Part shown: positions 29,140 through 42,390 of the stretch, piece after piece | How the letters are laid out: every line of letters starts with the position of its first letter | How positions within the stretch are numbered: position 1 is the stretch's first letter | Assembly: GCF_018977255.1 (NCBI RefSeq) | Contig: NW_024704742.1 | Span: 44,270,001 to 44,334,000 of the forward strand | Length of the DNA: 64,000 bases | Reading direction: 5' to 3' | From: Callorhinchus milii | Lineage: Eukaryota | Position numbers and translations under genes: made by a program | Notes under the pieces: model-generated | Database searches by the model: none | Told to the model about the DNA's origin: nothing | What the model saw: only the letters and a program-made list of their open reading frames with translations

Positions 29140-29470
29140 CAATATCTTGTTTTTGTTGGGATGGTAGAAAATATTTTCACTGGTTAGATACCAGAGGGCC
29201 TCAATTTAAGATAGCTAGCAAAAGAGAAATGGGAGAGTTTAGGACATTTTTTTAACGTAACAAATAGTTAGGATATGGAATGCCCTACTGGTGTTTTGAG
29301 GCAGAATCCCTATTAGCTTTCAAATGGGAACTAGTTCGATAACTAAAAAGGAGTAAATTACAGATGTATGGAGCAAGGGCAGGCAAATGTTACTGAAAGG
29401 TTTGCTCTTAAAGAGCCAGCACAGACATAATGGACTGAATGGTCTTCTATTCTATAAATTTATGGTTCTA
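29140..29470 (+). mobile_element. CR1 3' fragment (similar tails at ~6030-6330 -, ~11150-11460, ~17560-17790 +, ~21480-21720 -, ~30770-31025 +, ~33455-33610 -, ~40040-40520 -, ~46500-47280 +)
   Basis: TGGAATGCCCT..; GCTCTTAAAGAGCCAGCACAGAC..GGACTGAATGGTCTTCT 3' end. Confidence 0.75.
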
Positions 29471-31017
29471 CAATCTTTCTGATCTTTGAAGAATATCTGT
29501 CAAAACAGGAACCTCTGACTTAGACATATGGTTGCCTTGAGCAGACTCCTGCTTCTAAAGTGGTTTGTGAATTGTTGGTTAATGCGTTTGCTCTCATTGA
29601 TATTTCTGTCATTGGCAAGGCTTCTTGGCAACACAGAGCTGAGGAGACCTTGGGCAAGGAAGACATCTTTCAGATGAATTGCCTCCTAATGCAATGGATT
29701 ACCTAATGTCAGAAGCTGTTAAGGACATCACCCCTCACATAGTTATGTTACTGTATAAGACACAGTCTTGGGCTTTAGCCTCAGTTCTGTACGACTCTCC
29801 AGCCTTGGCTGGTGTCCTGAAGTGCCACTTGATATTGGCGCCACTCTTTCCCACAGACACCATCTGCTGTGGTTGAAATGCTTCGAGATCTTTAGTTTTT
29901 CCGGGGATCACATAACGCTGACATAAGTTGGACAGTTGAGCTCTTTTGAATTGCTTGGGGGTGGATGAAAATAAGGAAGTATTATCTTCAGACACTCTTT
30001 CTCAACTTCTGAGCAGTTGGAAGTGAGTGCTTCTAAACTTACAAGACATGATGTAGTCTTGGACTTACTCAATTTTAGTGTGTTTTCTATAATACACTAT
30101 CTATTGTCAAGGGAGGTCTGAAGATCAAATCCCAGCAAATTCACTTTGTTTTGATATTCTATTTGGCATAATCCCAACACACACGAGGGATAAATGAATG
30201 AGAAAACCATGAGATTACCTACCTTTGCTGTTTTTTATTTTTTTGAATGCAGTTTATCCTCTGTACAAGTAGAGTCTATGCTTACACCACTGTTCTACTA
30301 TGTAATTCAATGTAGTTTTTCTGTTGGATTTGCAGAGCTTGGACAGCAGTGTTTCCTTTGTTTAAAAAAAATGTCTCCATAACAATGGTGTACCATTGAG
30401 CTTATAAAGAACTGGAATCAATTTTCCAATTGGAGCTTTCTTGTTGTGTGGGATATGATTCCAGTTGACTGAATATGGGGTTTACCCAATGCTTGCGATG
30501 AATAGACTACATTCAAACAATAGAGACTACCAAACTTGGGTTGTTTCACTTTTTTCCCCTGTGAACAAGCACCCTGCAAATAGCCACCTGCTCACAAATC
30601 AAAAATATACTTGCATAAACAGAAGGTCGCTAGCTATTGTTTCCTTTTTAATTAGCTGTGACTCTCTGTATCTATATTTTGTAAGGATAACTGGTGGTAT
30701 ATCAAATGCATCCTCCTAATGTAATCAAAATATGAACAGTTAATAATTCCATGTCCATAAATTATGATAGGTTTCATACATGTACAATATTGAGGATTGG
30801 TGGAGTATTAAGGTGGTGGATTCAAAGGAAATATATTGAGAAAAAGAAGAAATTAAAGCAGTAAAATTAATACTCCTGTGGACGAGAATATGAAGGGTAG
30901 AGGCTTGAAGGGGTACTGGGATAAGGCAGGGCAGTGGGAGTGAATGAACATCTTGCTCTGAGAGTCAATGCAGACTTGTTGGGCCAAACAACCTCCTTCT
31001 TTGCTGTAAATTTCTGA

Positions 31018-31317
<300 letters not shown>

Positions 31318-31377
31318 TAGGCTATATATGGTGTTTCTCTAATTCTCTGAGCAAGTATTTGATGTAAACAGGGGATA

Positions 31378-31764
31378 CAGTTCAAGATCCTGGTCCTCAC
31401 CATCAAAGCCCGCCACGGTCTTGCTCCCCCCTACCTCTCCGATCTCCTAACCCCTATCAACCTGTTCGCTCCCTCCGACCAGCGGGCTCCAGCCTGCTTC
31501 ACATCCCCCGCCTTGCTCTCCCCACTATGGGCGGGCCTTTCGCCACTCTGCCCCCACCCTCTGGAACTCCATCCCACAGTCCCTCCGTCTCGTCCCCTCC
31601 CTCGCCACCTTCAAAACCCACCTCAAGCCTCTCCTCCTCGACTGTGCTTTCGATCTCCCTGCTTCCGCCCCCTGCCCTCCACCCTCTCCCACCCTGACTC
31701 TCAGCTCAGATCCGTAACTCTGTCTGTGAAAGACGCTATATAAATGTAATTTTGTTGTTGTTGT
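31378..31764 (+). mobile_element. L2 3' fragment
   Basis: FKILVLTIKA..PPYLSDLL; GCTATATAAATGTAATTTTGTTGTTGTTG tail. Confidence 0.88.
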
Positions 31765-32091
31765 AAAGTGAAACACCATTAACAACATTGTAAAATAGAA
31801 CATACACATAATAATACACATAACTCCTCACTTCCAATACAGCTCAAGCCCTCATAATGACTTTGTCACCTCCAAACTTCCTTTCCAAAGCTCTCTTCGC
31901 TGGCCTCCTTGGCTCAAACTAGCACCTCCTGATCACCATGTACCAATCACCTCCATCCTTGCCAGACTTCCTGCCCACAGCAGATCCTAGATCCTCATTT
32001 TGGGCTTTAAATCTCTGCAACTTCTTGACCCATCCTACATAGAATCTTACCACACAGAAAGAGGCCATTCGGCCCGTTCTGCCTGTGCGCT

Positions 32092-32476
32092 ACAACAACA
32101 ACAACTTGGATTTATATAGCGCCCTCCACGCCGGACGGCGTCTCAGAGCGCTTTATAGTTTAGGATCCCAGGGCTGAGCCGGGGGGAAGGGTGGAAAGGT
32201 GACCAAAGGCGCAGTCGAAAAGAAAGGTCTTCAGCAGAGACCTGAAAATGGGGAGGGAGGGAGCGAGACGAAGGGAGCGAGGAAGGCAGTTCCAGAGCCT
32301 CAGGGCATAGTGGCTGAAAGCATGGCCGCCGAGGGTGGAGCGGAGGACTTGGGGGACAAGGAGGAGGCCAGACCCGGAGTAACGAAGGCAACGGGTACTG
32401 TGCTGAGGAGAGAGGAGGTCAGAGAGGTAGGGGGGTGCAGAGGAGTGCAGGGACTTGAGTACGAGGGTGAGGACTA
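32092..32476 (-). mobile_element. L2 3' fragment nested in a CR1 3' end
   Basis: ORF 32160..32519 (LKSLHSSAPPYLSDLL..AFSHYALRLWN..LKTFLF); flanked by CR1 tail halves 32038-32091 and ~32495-32670. Confidence 0.88.
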
Positions 32477-34025
32477 CTGACTTGCTACTGACTTGTCCCA
32501 CTCCCCCGCTCTTCCCCATAGCCCTCCAAATGTTTCCTTTTCGATTACATATTCAATTCCCCTTTTGACAGCTACTATCAAATCTCCTTTCACCACCCTT
32601 TTAAAGTAGTGCATTCCAGATCGTAACAACTCTCTGGGTAAAAACAATTCTCCTCATCTCCCATTTATATCTGTAGCCTGTTCCCTCTGCTCCATAAACT
32701 TGGCCTGGCCCTTCCTCACCATTGGTGGCCAAGTTTTCAGCTACTATTTCCCACTTTGTTCAAGTTTACACTCTATCTGTGTGAAGTACTTCAAGACATT
32801 ATCCTGTGTGAAAAGCACTATATACTTGTGAATTGTGTAAAACAGTGACAAACTATTTATTTCACAAATAAGGAAAAACTGTTAACTGCTGAATGATCAA
32901 TTTATGAATAATTATGCCGATGTTTCTCACAAGTGAAACCATTTTGTTTTTGGTCTGAAAATGGAAGTGCTATCAATTTTATTTAATTTTAAAAAAATGA
33001 TTAATGGGAATTGTTAAAATAACAGGCGAGTTTTAAACCTCTGCATTGTCATTCTCGATGTTTCTTGTCTGGCACTACTTTCTTAAACATACCTGAAGCA
33101 AGGACCAGATTTGGATGCACAGTCATCACAGCTGTTTCTTTCTACAATGAGGCACTGAGCCAATATAATTATTCAGCTGCTTCACATTGTGCAGAAAAGC
33201 AAAATAAATACGTGGCCAAATGTATAGCTGGGAACAGTGTGGGAAGAAAACTGCTCTTCCTGTTTGAGTTAATGATACAATTTTTATAAAGCATCCAATA
33301 TGGCAGTAGTTCTGGTTTTGATATTGTGTTGTGCTAAATTTGTATTGAGTTTCAAAGTGTGAGTTAGTTAATTAGATATCATTAGATCATTTATAATATA
33401 AGCAGAAGTTGTGATGGGCAGATACACAAATGGGTAAGCCAGCACTATCTTAGAAATAGAATCATAGAATCCTACAGGACAGAAGGAGGCCATCCGGCCC
33501 ATCGTACCTGTTCCGGCTCTTTGCTATACAAATGTAATTTTGTTGTTGTTGTTGAAAGAGCTATCCAACTAGTCTCACTCCCAATTAGAGCTATCCAAAT
33601 AGTCCCAATAAAGGAGGGAGTATTTAAAATGTATTTAGATGTTTGTTTTCTGTATTAATGTGTGGTAGCAGTATTTAATAGCCTGGTTTTAAAAAAACCT
33701 GCCTGGTTGTGTAGGAGCAAAGTCGCTGTTGTAGAAAAGGTTCCATTCAATGGAATTGGAATGGCCTGAAACTAAATTTTAATCAGATTCTTAGATTTTT
33801 CATATTAACTTAGTTTTTCCAACGGTAATGTTGAGAATATCTGAAGACTGAAGTATTCCTGCCCTTAAATAACTGGATCCAAAGACAATCTTATTTCCAT
33901 CTTCTCTTGGTACCCAATACCTGTTTTTTTTTCGAAAAAGAGCTCTCTCTCCCCTCCCTCTCAGACTTTGGTTGAGGAGGTTTGCTGTATTGGGTGGATT
34001 GCTAACATTTTGCTGCTGTTTCTAG

Positions 34026-34127
<102 letters not shown>

Positions 34128-34268
34128 TAAGTGTCTAATTCATACACCTTGAGATACTGCATTTTGTGCATCCTTTTAAAAATTTGTAAGGCTCAGTTGG
34201 TTGGTGGAGATGCGATTCATTCGTTTTCTGACATTACTTTAAAAGTCCACACGTTGTGACTCTGGATT

Positions 34269-34680
34269 TCAGCCTGGCTCAGTTGGTAACACTCTTACCT
34301 GTAAATCAGAAGGTTGTGGGTTCAATCTCACCTCAGACTTCAAAATCAGGTAGTGTAATCCGACACTCAAATGCAGATCTTGTGGTGTGCTGCATTGTTA
34401 GAGGTGTCGTGTTTGAGACATTAAACTGACATTGCATCTGCCTGTTCAAGTAGATGCTGAAGATCCCATTCACTATTTAAAAAGAGAAGGGAATTTCTCC
34501 TGTTGTCTTGGTCAGCAATACTCCAACTAAAAAATTTAACTTTCACTTAATGGTTGTTTATAGGATATTGAGATGTTTGCCTACAAAATCCACATTGTAG
34601 TGACTTTGTAGTTTGTAGGCAAACGTGGCAATGTGAAGGGCTTTGTCATGTCTTCCCGATGTGAAAGATGCCATATCAAG
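34269..34680 (+). mobile_element. SINE family B (further copies ~1890-2130 +, ~7245-7590 -, ~14930-15290 -, ~44050-44420 +, ~55720-56010 -; heads at ~9440-9552 -, ~21783-21850 +)
   Basis: Collinear with 26354-26790. Confidence 0.78.
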
Positions 34681-35864
34681 AGGCGTAATTGATGTACAAA
34701 TATTCTGATATTTTTATTTGATCAGCTTTGGAGATTAGAGGATATTTCCACAACCTGAAGAGTAGTAAGTGAAGTGACATTTGTTACTATCACCATTTGT
34801 CATATTCTATGAAACTACAAGTTGGTTGTACTACAGGACAGTAGAAGAGTGAATAAAAAAAGCTGATTTTCCAGATTACGTACTCAGGTGCCTGGTTTTA
34901 TGTCGCTTTTGTTTCTAGAAATTTCAGCCTGAAATTGTTCACTGGGGAGACTAATAATGATGAGACCAGTTTGGAACAATTGTGTCTCACAAATGACTTT
35001 GTGATATTGTAGCCTTTTGAAGCTGGGTCCACATTGTTTTGATCATTTACATTTTAGTAATAATTGGTTTGATATAGAGATCTGTGTTAACATGTGCTCA
35101 CAGAGCGTCGCTCCTGAAAAGCAATTTCAGAGGGAAAAGAATAGTTGCAATATTTTTGTTCTCTGTCACAATGAGCAAATTGAAGTCAATTCACATTGCC
35201 ATTCATACATGGTTTGATTTTTTTTGGTGCTATTTCTGTAATACATTCTCGTATTATCTTTGCAGTGTCTCGTATGGCATTGTTAGTATCCAAGCATTTC
35301 AAGCTAATTCAAGCTAATTTGGATTTCTACAGTTTTGTGCTTTTTACATTAAAAATGCAATCAGCATAAATACATTTGCACCGTGTAAATTCAAATTAGC
35401 TGAGTGCAACTGGATGGTCACCATCAGTGCTGGAGAAATATTTAAAAACTTTAATCTCTGGTTTGAAAGTGAGGTCTCTTAAATTAATCCTACAAATTAC
35501 TTCTTCATTCTTCAAAAAAACTCCAGAGGAAATACTGTATGTGCTATAAATATATATTGAATAAAATGAATATTTTGGTACAATTGAGGAGCTGGTTAAG
35601 AGAGTAAGGAAGAGCTGCAACAGGTCAGAAAGGATCTGACTAGAAATAATAAGAACTCCCGGAGCCTCGGCTCACACTCCAAGAGCTGCTGTGACATTGT
35701 GTCAAGAGAAATGCTATTGACGTTCCTGGGGGCACATTATTTCCGTTTTAAGTACCCCCCATTATAACAGGGTTTACGTGACATTGTTTCTCACGTAATC
35801 AGAACAGAAATTCTTTCAATTTGGAAGTTCACTGTTTTTATTTCCTCTGCGTCCTTTTTTTCAG

Positions 35865-36103
35865 ACAAGCATTATCCGAAGTGACAGCCGCCTTGCGTGA
35901 ACGGCTCCATCGCTGGCAGCACATCGAGAAAATTTGCGGCTTTCCTATAGCACAAAATGCAGGGATGCCGAGCCTAACCTCCACTCTGTATTCTGACCAC
36001 AGTTGGGTGGTTATGCCACGTACCTCCGTGCCACCATATCCAATAGCTGGTGGAGTAGATGACTTGGATGAAGACACACCGCCAATCATTCCACAGTTTC
36101 ACT
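35865..36103 (+). CDS. STIM2: STIM coding exon (SOAR alpha4 + acidic inhibitory region): QALSEVTAALRERLHRWQHIEKICGF...GGVDDLDEDTPPIIPQFH
   Basis: ttttttcag acceptor, T|gtgagt donor, 239 nt; within ORF 35821..36111. Confidence 0.96.
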
Positions 36104-38656
36104 GTGAGTAACTAATCCTTTTGCCTGATAGGAGTGAAAACAAGCAACTGAATGATTTCTTAGACCTTGACATTTCAATTCTGAACATCAGAGCTTCACA
36201 TTCTATTGAAGAAACAGGATAGGGTCAGAAGACATAGGCTGTAGATTTCTACTCTGCTGCCCAGAGTCAATTCCTTGTCAATTGAACACCTGACAGTTAC
36301 AGGACCATTTTACTTTCAGAAAATGTTCTGGAGAGGGGCGCTGCCATTTGAAGTTCAATGGTTGGTTAAAAGCTTTCTTATTCATTACTCAGAAATTAGA
36401 ACATTGCTGCCCAGTAAGTAGCTTTGAACTGTCACTTAATGGCCTAAGTTGCAAATGTATTTCAAATCTAAATAGGAATTAATCAGAATCTGGAGTCAAT
36501 AGTAGTACATCTTCTATTCTTTCACACTCACAAGACTAACTAGCCTACCACATTATCATTGGTTTAAGATCCTATTTTTTGATTTCTCTTTCATTTTAGA
36601 CTGTTATATATGGATGCATTTAAGTGGATTTTTAGCAAGTTAAAAAAATAAATTACCTATTGCTTCCTTCTATTTCTCCCTCTTTCTCTCTCTCTCTCAC
36701 AACGTACTATACAAATGGAACATACACATACAACAATGGAAATGCCGTGGAGATTAATAATTGATGCTCATCGTGTATTAAGACTTGATACTGATGTAGG
36801 AAGCGCCATTTTATGCATTTCTTCATTAAGCAGGTTGTCGCAGTCAGCAACCTGGATGAAATCCAAAGGGAAATTTCACACATGTGCTCGGCATATTTGA
36901 ATATTGCACAATATCAAGATTTCAGCTCTGCATTATAGAACTTGTGCCTTAACTGCTAAACTACCAGTTTGACTAAATGGCATTTTAACAAAATTATTTA
37001 AGGATATTGGTAACTTGAGGTACTTTCTAGCCATTCAAACCCAATCCTCAGTTGGAGCCAAGGTTTACGTCGGGTACATAGTGTCTCCTACATTAATTAC
37101 AATTTAAGTCCCAAGGTGCTTGTTTGTACCGAGGCGGCAGTCCTACTCCAATTTATTTTAACCCCTACGTGACTAAGCAGCATCACCAGAATTGCTGGCT
37201 GCAGCCAGACCTCCACATTTATACTGTATCAGCATCGATACCAGCAGCTTCACCTCGACATTCTGACAACCCAGGATCCTGCAGAATGTCAGAGCTTTAA
37301 ACACCACTTCATCTGGATGGACACTAATCGCCTGGACCTCCGTGCTTACCAAGGTATAAATTTAGAGCTAAGTTCGACTTGCAACATCTGGAGTATAGAG
37401 CCATTGATGGGAAGGAGTGAAAAAGGACTCCGAGGCCCATCAATTTCACTCGCAGGAGAAGACCTCACTATTTCACAATATGCAGCTTACATACTCTGCT
37501 GGAGCCCTGATCATCTGCTGGAGGAATAGTTAAAACAAGGATTAGGCAATAGGAATTCTTCAATTTAGTCTTTCTATGTGCACAGGTTTGTAAGACATTT
37601 CTCCTTGTTACAGGTTTCTTTGTACCGTTAATACACACCTAATACACCCAATACACAAAAATAAAGAATTGGATTGGCAATGAGCTTTTGTACTGGTGTG
37701 TCAAAAGCACTTGCGGAGCAGCAATTTTCTCTATGTAAAAATTTTTAATTAGCTGTTAAAGACATTTCTCAATTTGAAGCTGAGCCACACCAGCCAAGAC
37801 AGTGTCACATTTGATCCCAGTCTGTTTTAGTTAGATTTTCTTTGCCAGAGTAATGATATCAACAACAGTAACTTAATAATAATAATAATCCCTGCATTTG
37901 ATATAGCACGTTGTCAAGTTGTTGACACGTCTCAAAGCACTTCACAGGATATACTGTAAAGTGGATTAACTGTGCTGTTTGTGGGCAAAACTTGTGTTGC
38001 GTCTTGGAGTGCTGAGCATATCATAGTTGACTGCAGTTCTCCTGGTCTAGGAAGTGGAAAAATCACCCAGTTTTTTACTCAATAACCCATTGCATGTCTA
38101 CGGACATCAAATGACGAAAATCCTTTCACAGCTGCATATTCTGCTGATTCTCATTGCCTATGCTTGCAAGCAAAGGATAGCTGGTGCTGGTGGATACGTA
38201 TCACAGCCTGAAACAGAGCAGTTCGGAGAAAAGGGCAAGTGAGAAAAATCTGAAAAAATATATACTTTTGAGTTCAGTAATGTTTTTTTTAATTTATTCT
38301 TAAGTTTCACAGATATACCACAGGTGTTGTACAGGGGTGTATAGGGCTGTGCAGCACTGTGCTGTGGGCTGCCACTTAGTTGTGGCAGGCTTCCATTCCT
38401 TAATAGAAACACAACTGTTTTCCTAATGCCTGAGCATTGCATTAAATCAATCTACACCCCTTCCCAGCCATTCACACTGCAGTGCAAAAGTTGTACCCGA
38501 GCAGATAGGACAGAATAAGTAAGTCATTTACCCAAAGGCTTATATTAATGATTGATTGAAATGCATAGCAGGGTTCCAATTACATTGTTTATATAAAACA
38601 TGAGAAATGTAATTTTTGGTGAGATGTTACTTTAGTACAGTATAGTCTGATTTCTG

Positions 38657-39004
38657 TGTCCTGTAATTTAGTGGTTAGAGCACTTGCCTCGCAAGCAAGA
38701 GACCTGGGTTTGATTCCCAGCAGGGTGAAATGTTGGACAAGTTTCCTTACTCCACATGCCTCTGTTTACCCAGCAGTAATAGAAACCAGGTTGTGAGTTG
38801 AGCAGATCCTTTTCCGGGGGTAATAATCCCTCCAAAAAAATTAATAATAATTTGAGCACTCAATCCATGACTGCAGTACTGCAGCATTTCATCCACAAAA
38901 TATACAGCCAATTCACTTTGCAGTGTGTTCTGTGAAGCTCTTTCAGATGCTTCAAAGGCATGATAAGGCACTATATCAAATGCAAAGATTATAAGGATTA
39001 TTAT
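38657..39004 (+). mobile_element. SINE family A (3'-half remnants also at ~24350-24555 +, ~37875-37990 -, ~53595-53790 -, ~53955-54055 -, ~59420-59520 -)
   Basis: Collinear with other copies. Confidence 0.88.
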
Positions 39005-39206
39005 TTGTATATTTTTGGAAATAACTGATCATATTAGCAATTTATCAGTTCAGTTAAGACCACCTGATCTGTCATTTATTGAGACAACAAACCATAGTTG
39101 ATCAATGGCAATAGAATCGGGGAAAATGGAAACCAGTGTAGCTTCAGGTTCTTTCTAAGTTTTCATCCAAACCTCTAAATGGTTACTTTTCTACTTTTCT
39201 CTTCAG

Positions 39207-39417
39207 CAGCAACTTATAGTAAAGCTGCTTACAGCTTAGCAAAAAGCAGCAACCAGGGGCGCCTCCGCCGACCCAACGCGATGTCTTCTGCAGTTTCACT
39301 GTCCCAAACGTCCTCGCACTCCTCCACTCCTGACATCTTTACGATGAGCAGTTCGTCAACTCTCTTTCGCACCGAGGAAGAGGAGGAGGCCATATTCTTC
39401 ACAGCTGACAAGAACTG
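39207..39417 (+). CDS. STIM2: STIM coding exon (Ser-rich): SATYSKAAYSLAKSSNQGRLRRP...LFRTEEEEEAIFFTADKNW
   Basis: Polypyrimidine tract plus cttcag (tandem CAGCAG) acceptor, TG|gtaagt donor, 211 nt; EEEEEAI-F-A-K-W resembles STIM2. Confidence 0.9.
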
Positions 39418-41056
39418 GTAAGTGGATTGCTCTGGGTTGTAACCAATTGCAGTCAAACACAGTAACCACTTTCACTCATCCAGCGACTGTCACGTTGGAT
39501 TCCATTACACTTCAAAACAAGGATGAGATTCATGTAGCAGGGAGTATAGAAAGTGGGGGTGTGAAGGTGTTGACTAAAGACAGTTGAAGAGATACTTCAA
39601 TGTACATTTTAAAAGGATTCTGAAGGCAGAGAAAGAATAGACATGGAGAAAGGATTTTCAGATTTTCAGCTACAATGGTGACAGAAGAGAAATTGTGTAG
39701 TTTATTTGCAAGACCAGATTTCTATGTCTGAGTGTCTATGAATTTTAATGGTTCATCCAATTTAAACCAAAAGTTGATTCAATAAGTGTGGACCATTTTC
39801 TCACCTTTTGTTCAGAATATAAGTTGAAAAGTTTTTTTTTCCGCCTCTGCATTTCCATAACCTTGCAATGTGTTTTGATATATGAAGAATTGCATTGCAC
39901 TTTTGAGTTGCCCTAGGAAATTATTTCATGAATTATAAATGTATCCAAGATGATTAACGAATTGCCTATAATAATTTTCTTTCATTGTTAATTACATGAA
40001 TATGGATGGTAGTAATTCCCTCTGTGTACATACTTTTACACAGAACCACAGAAGTTTACAGCAAAGACAAAAGGCTATTCTGCCCATTGAGTCTTTCCTG
40101 GCTCTTTCAAAGAGCAATCCCTTCAGCCTCTTGTACCTGCCTTTCCCCTAACTCTATAGTTTACTCATTTGATATCTGTCTAAATTGGATGAACCATTAA
40201 AATTCATTAACACTCGGACATTGAAATTTGGTCATGCAACTAAAATTAGATGGTTTATCTTTTCCTCTCCCTCCTATACCCATTGTAAACTTTGACAACT
40301 GAAAATCCCTTCTACGTGTCTCTTCTCTACCGCCTTCAAAGTTCTCTTAAAGTCTAAATTTTGCTTAGTTCCCTTTTGATAGGTAATATGGATCCTGTCT
40401 CACCCATTGCTCCCAGCAGGGCATTTCATATCCTAAACACTCTGTGAAACGAATTCTCCTAACCTCCCCATTGGATTATTCGATAACTATCTTAAATTAA
40501 TGCCCTCCAGTCAATGACTCACCACATGGTTAACCAAACTCTCACATTACACTTAACTGGTCAGTTGTACTCTTTTTTGATTAGCTGGGTGGAAAACCAT
40601 AACTATATTAAAGAGTATCCAAAACAGACAGAGTTCCACACATGTATGTGACCTACACATGGAAATTTCTGTGTGTCTGAAACGGAATTTTCAATCTGTC
40701 CCTCCAGTAAAGCACAGTGTTTGCTTAATTCCAGAGAATATTAGGTGCACATGATGAGAGCCAAGGCTTGGGGACTCCAAAGTGTGGGTTTGCATAATAC
40801 TGGAATTCAATCTAAAACCATAATCTAAAACCTCAATGCTATTGAGAGCATTGTCTGGCAACGCCACTCTATCCTTAGGTCTTTGGGTTACAGGGGTAAG
40901 GGGAGCCAAGTGGGACAAATTCCTTTTCCCAATCATCCAATTTCCATCTAACTCTGTGTGCCATGAAGTGTAGTGTTCTAACTTAGAAGCTAGAGGGTTT
41001 ACATCATTGTATTTTGTATCTTTATACTTGCTAATTGGTTGTTTTGTGTTGTCCAG

Positions 41057-41546
41057 GGAGACGCATGAGGTAGCTTCAGACTGTGATTCCTCTTTTGGAT
41101 CTCTGAGCGGCAAGAAATTGTCTCCCTTATCAAACTACGAGGCTCCCCTTGGCCCTCCAGGCAGTGCATTGAATGGTTCCGTCGATAACATATCTGTTGC
41201 TGATTCCACCGTGACCTACGAGCGGTCTACTGCAACACCTGATTCAATAGGCCCAGCAGATACCAAAAGCATGGTTGTGAGCCCCCTGTTGGCCAGCAAG
41301 CCCACCCGCAATGGCATTGAGAAATCTTACAGCATGGGACAGCTGTTGGGCACCCAGGATCGACGCATCTCAGAGAATTCCACACAGAGCGAGAATAGCA
41401 CCGTGAGAGATCAGAAAAAGAGACAAACTGTGTCCCAGGACCTGCAGTATACTACAGACAAAATTAAAAAACCCTCCAAAATAAAAACTCTCTTTAAGAA
41501 GATAGCAAAGCAGCCAAAGCCAAAGAGTGCCAATGAGGAAGCCTGA
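41057..41546 (+). CDS. STIM2: STIM last coding exon: ETHEVASDCDS...NGIEKSYSMGQL...KKPSKIKTLFKKIAKQPKPKSANEEA*
   Basis: gtccag acceptor, phase-compatible, TGA at 41544-41546; STIM2-like polybasic tail. Confidence 0.93.
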
Positions 41547-41788
41547 TTCATTGTAACATCTGTTTACGAGAGCTTCTAGACCTTGTGCAGAGGGCTACAT
41601 TTTTCATTTACTTTTGACTGAGTTACAATTATGAAAAGTATGTTGCACTACTACCTTCTGTTTAGGGAGGGACCTCTATCAAGATTATGTACAATAAGAT
41701 TTATAAAGAAACCACAGAAGATTCTGTGTTTCAGTTGTTACATGTAGAGCTTTGGTAGGATTTTTAAGGATCCCGATTTCTAATGGTT

Positions 41789-41794
41789 AATAAA
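41789..41794 (+). promoter_or_regulatory. candidate proximal polyadenylation signal AATAAA
   Basis: AATAAA ~240 nt after the stop codon; use not demonstrable from sequence. Confidence 0.35.
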
Positions 41795-42161
41795 AGGTGG
41801 GGATTTTTACGAGCAAGGAAGCAACATTTTTTTCCTGTCAGGATGAATTTTGTAATACTTTACAAAACCCTGCTGTATAGACTATAAATATGCCTGGCAG
41901 AGACTGAGCTTTTCAACCGTGACTTGCCTTTGAACTCTGAAGCCCTGCACTGCAGGCTGCAGCACATTTCTAGCAGTCTGCAAGTGGACACTAGCTATTC
42001 CCCTAACCTCACCAGGCAGTAGCAGGTGTACGACCTGATAAGGCGCTGAACTCCAGGTCAATATTTCTTACAGAAAATTGCCAGTGCAAAATTCTTCACC
42101 TGAATTGCAACAGACTCGGGGGTATTTTGGGGGTGTTCAGAACTTTATGAATGTATAAAAG

Positions 42162-42167
42162 AATAAA
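42162..42167 (+). promoter_or_regulatory. candidate polyadenylation signal AATAAA
   Basis: AATAAA preceded by TGTA in the putative 3' UTR. Confidence 0.35.
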
Positions 42168-42390
42168 AAAAAGCATTATGATATCAAAATGACGACAACT
42201 TATTATTTCACTGGGCAGTGGTCTTCTCCATTTACAGGAGAGTGGCAGTCGGGGGCGGGAAGGGGGAAAGAGGGCAGTGTTTGTTCAACATTTTTCATTT
42301 TATAGGAAAACGATATGTATTTTAATGTATTTGTAAAAAATTGTTTATTACCCACAAGCCAAGTCTTTCTCCAGCTAGGCTATTCTGTTA

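Noticed and set aside
33165..33200. STIM2beta microexon look-alike (SAASH)
   Set aside because: No GT donor at a suitable distance and a poor acceptor context.
37180..38240. Extra cassette exons in the intron after 36103 (after ctaagcag ~37180; after ctttcacag ~38131)
   Set aside because: Both hit in-frame stops within ~30 codons in the STIM phase and show no STIM similarity.
41643..41656. miR-130/301 8mer (TTGCACTA) and miR-196 7mer (ACTACCT) sites in the 3' UTR
   Set aside because: Short seed matches are expected by chance without conservation data.
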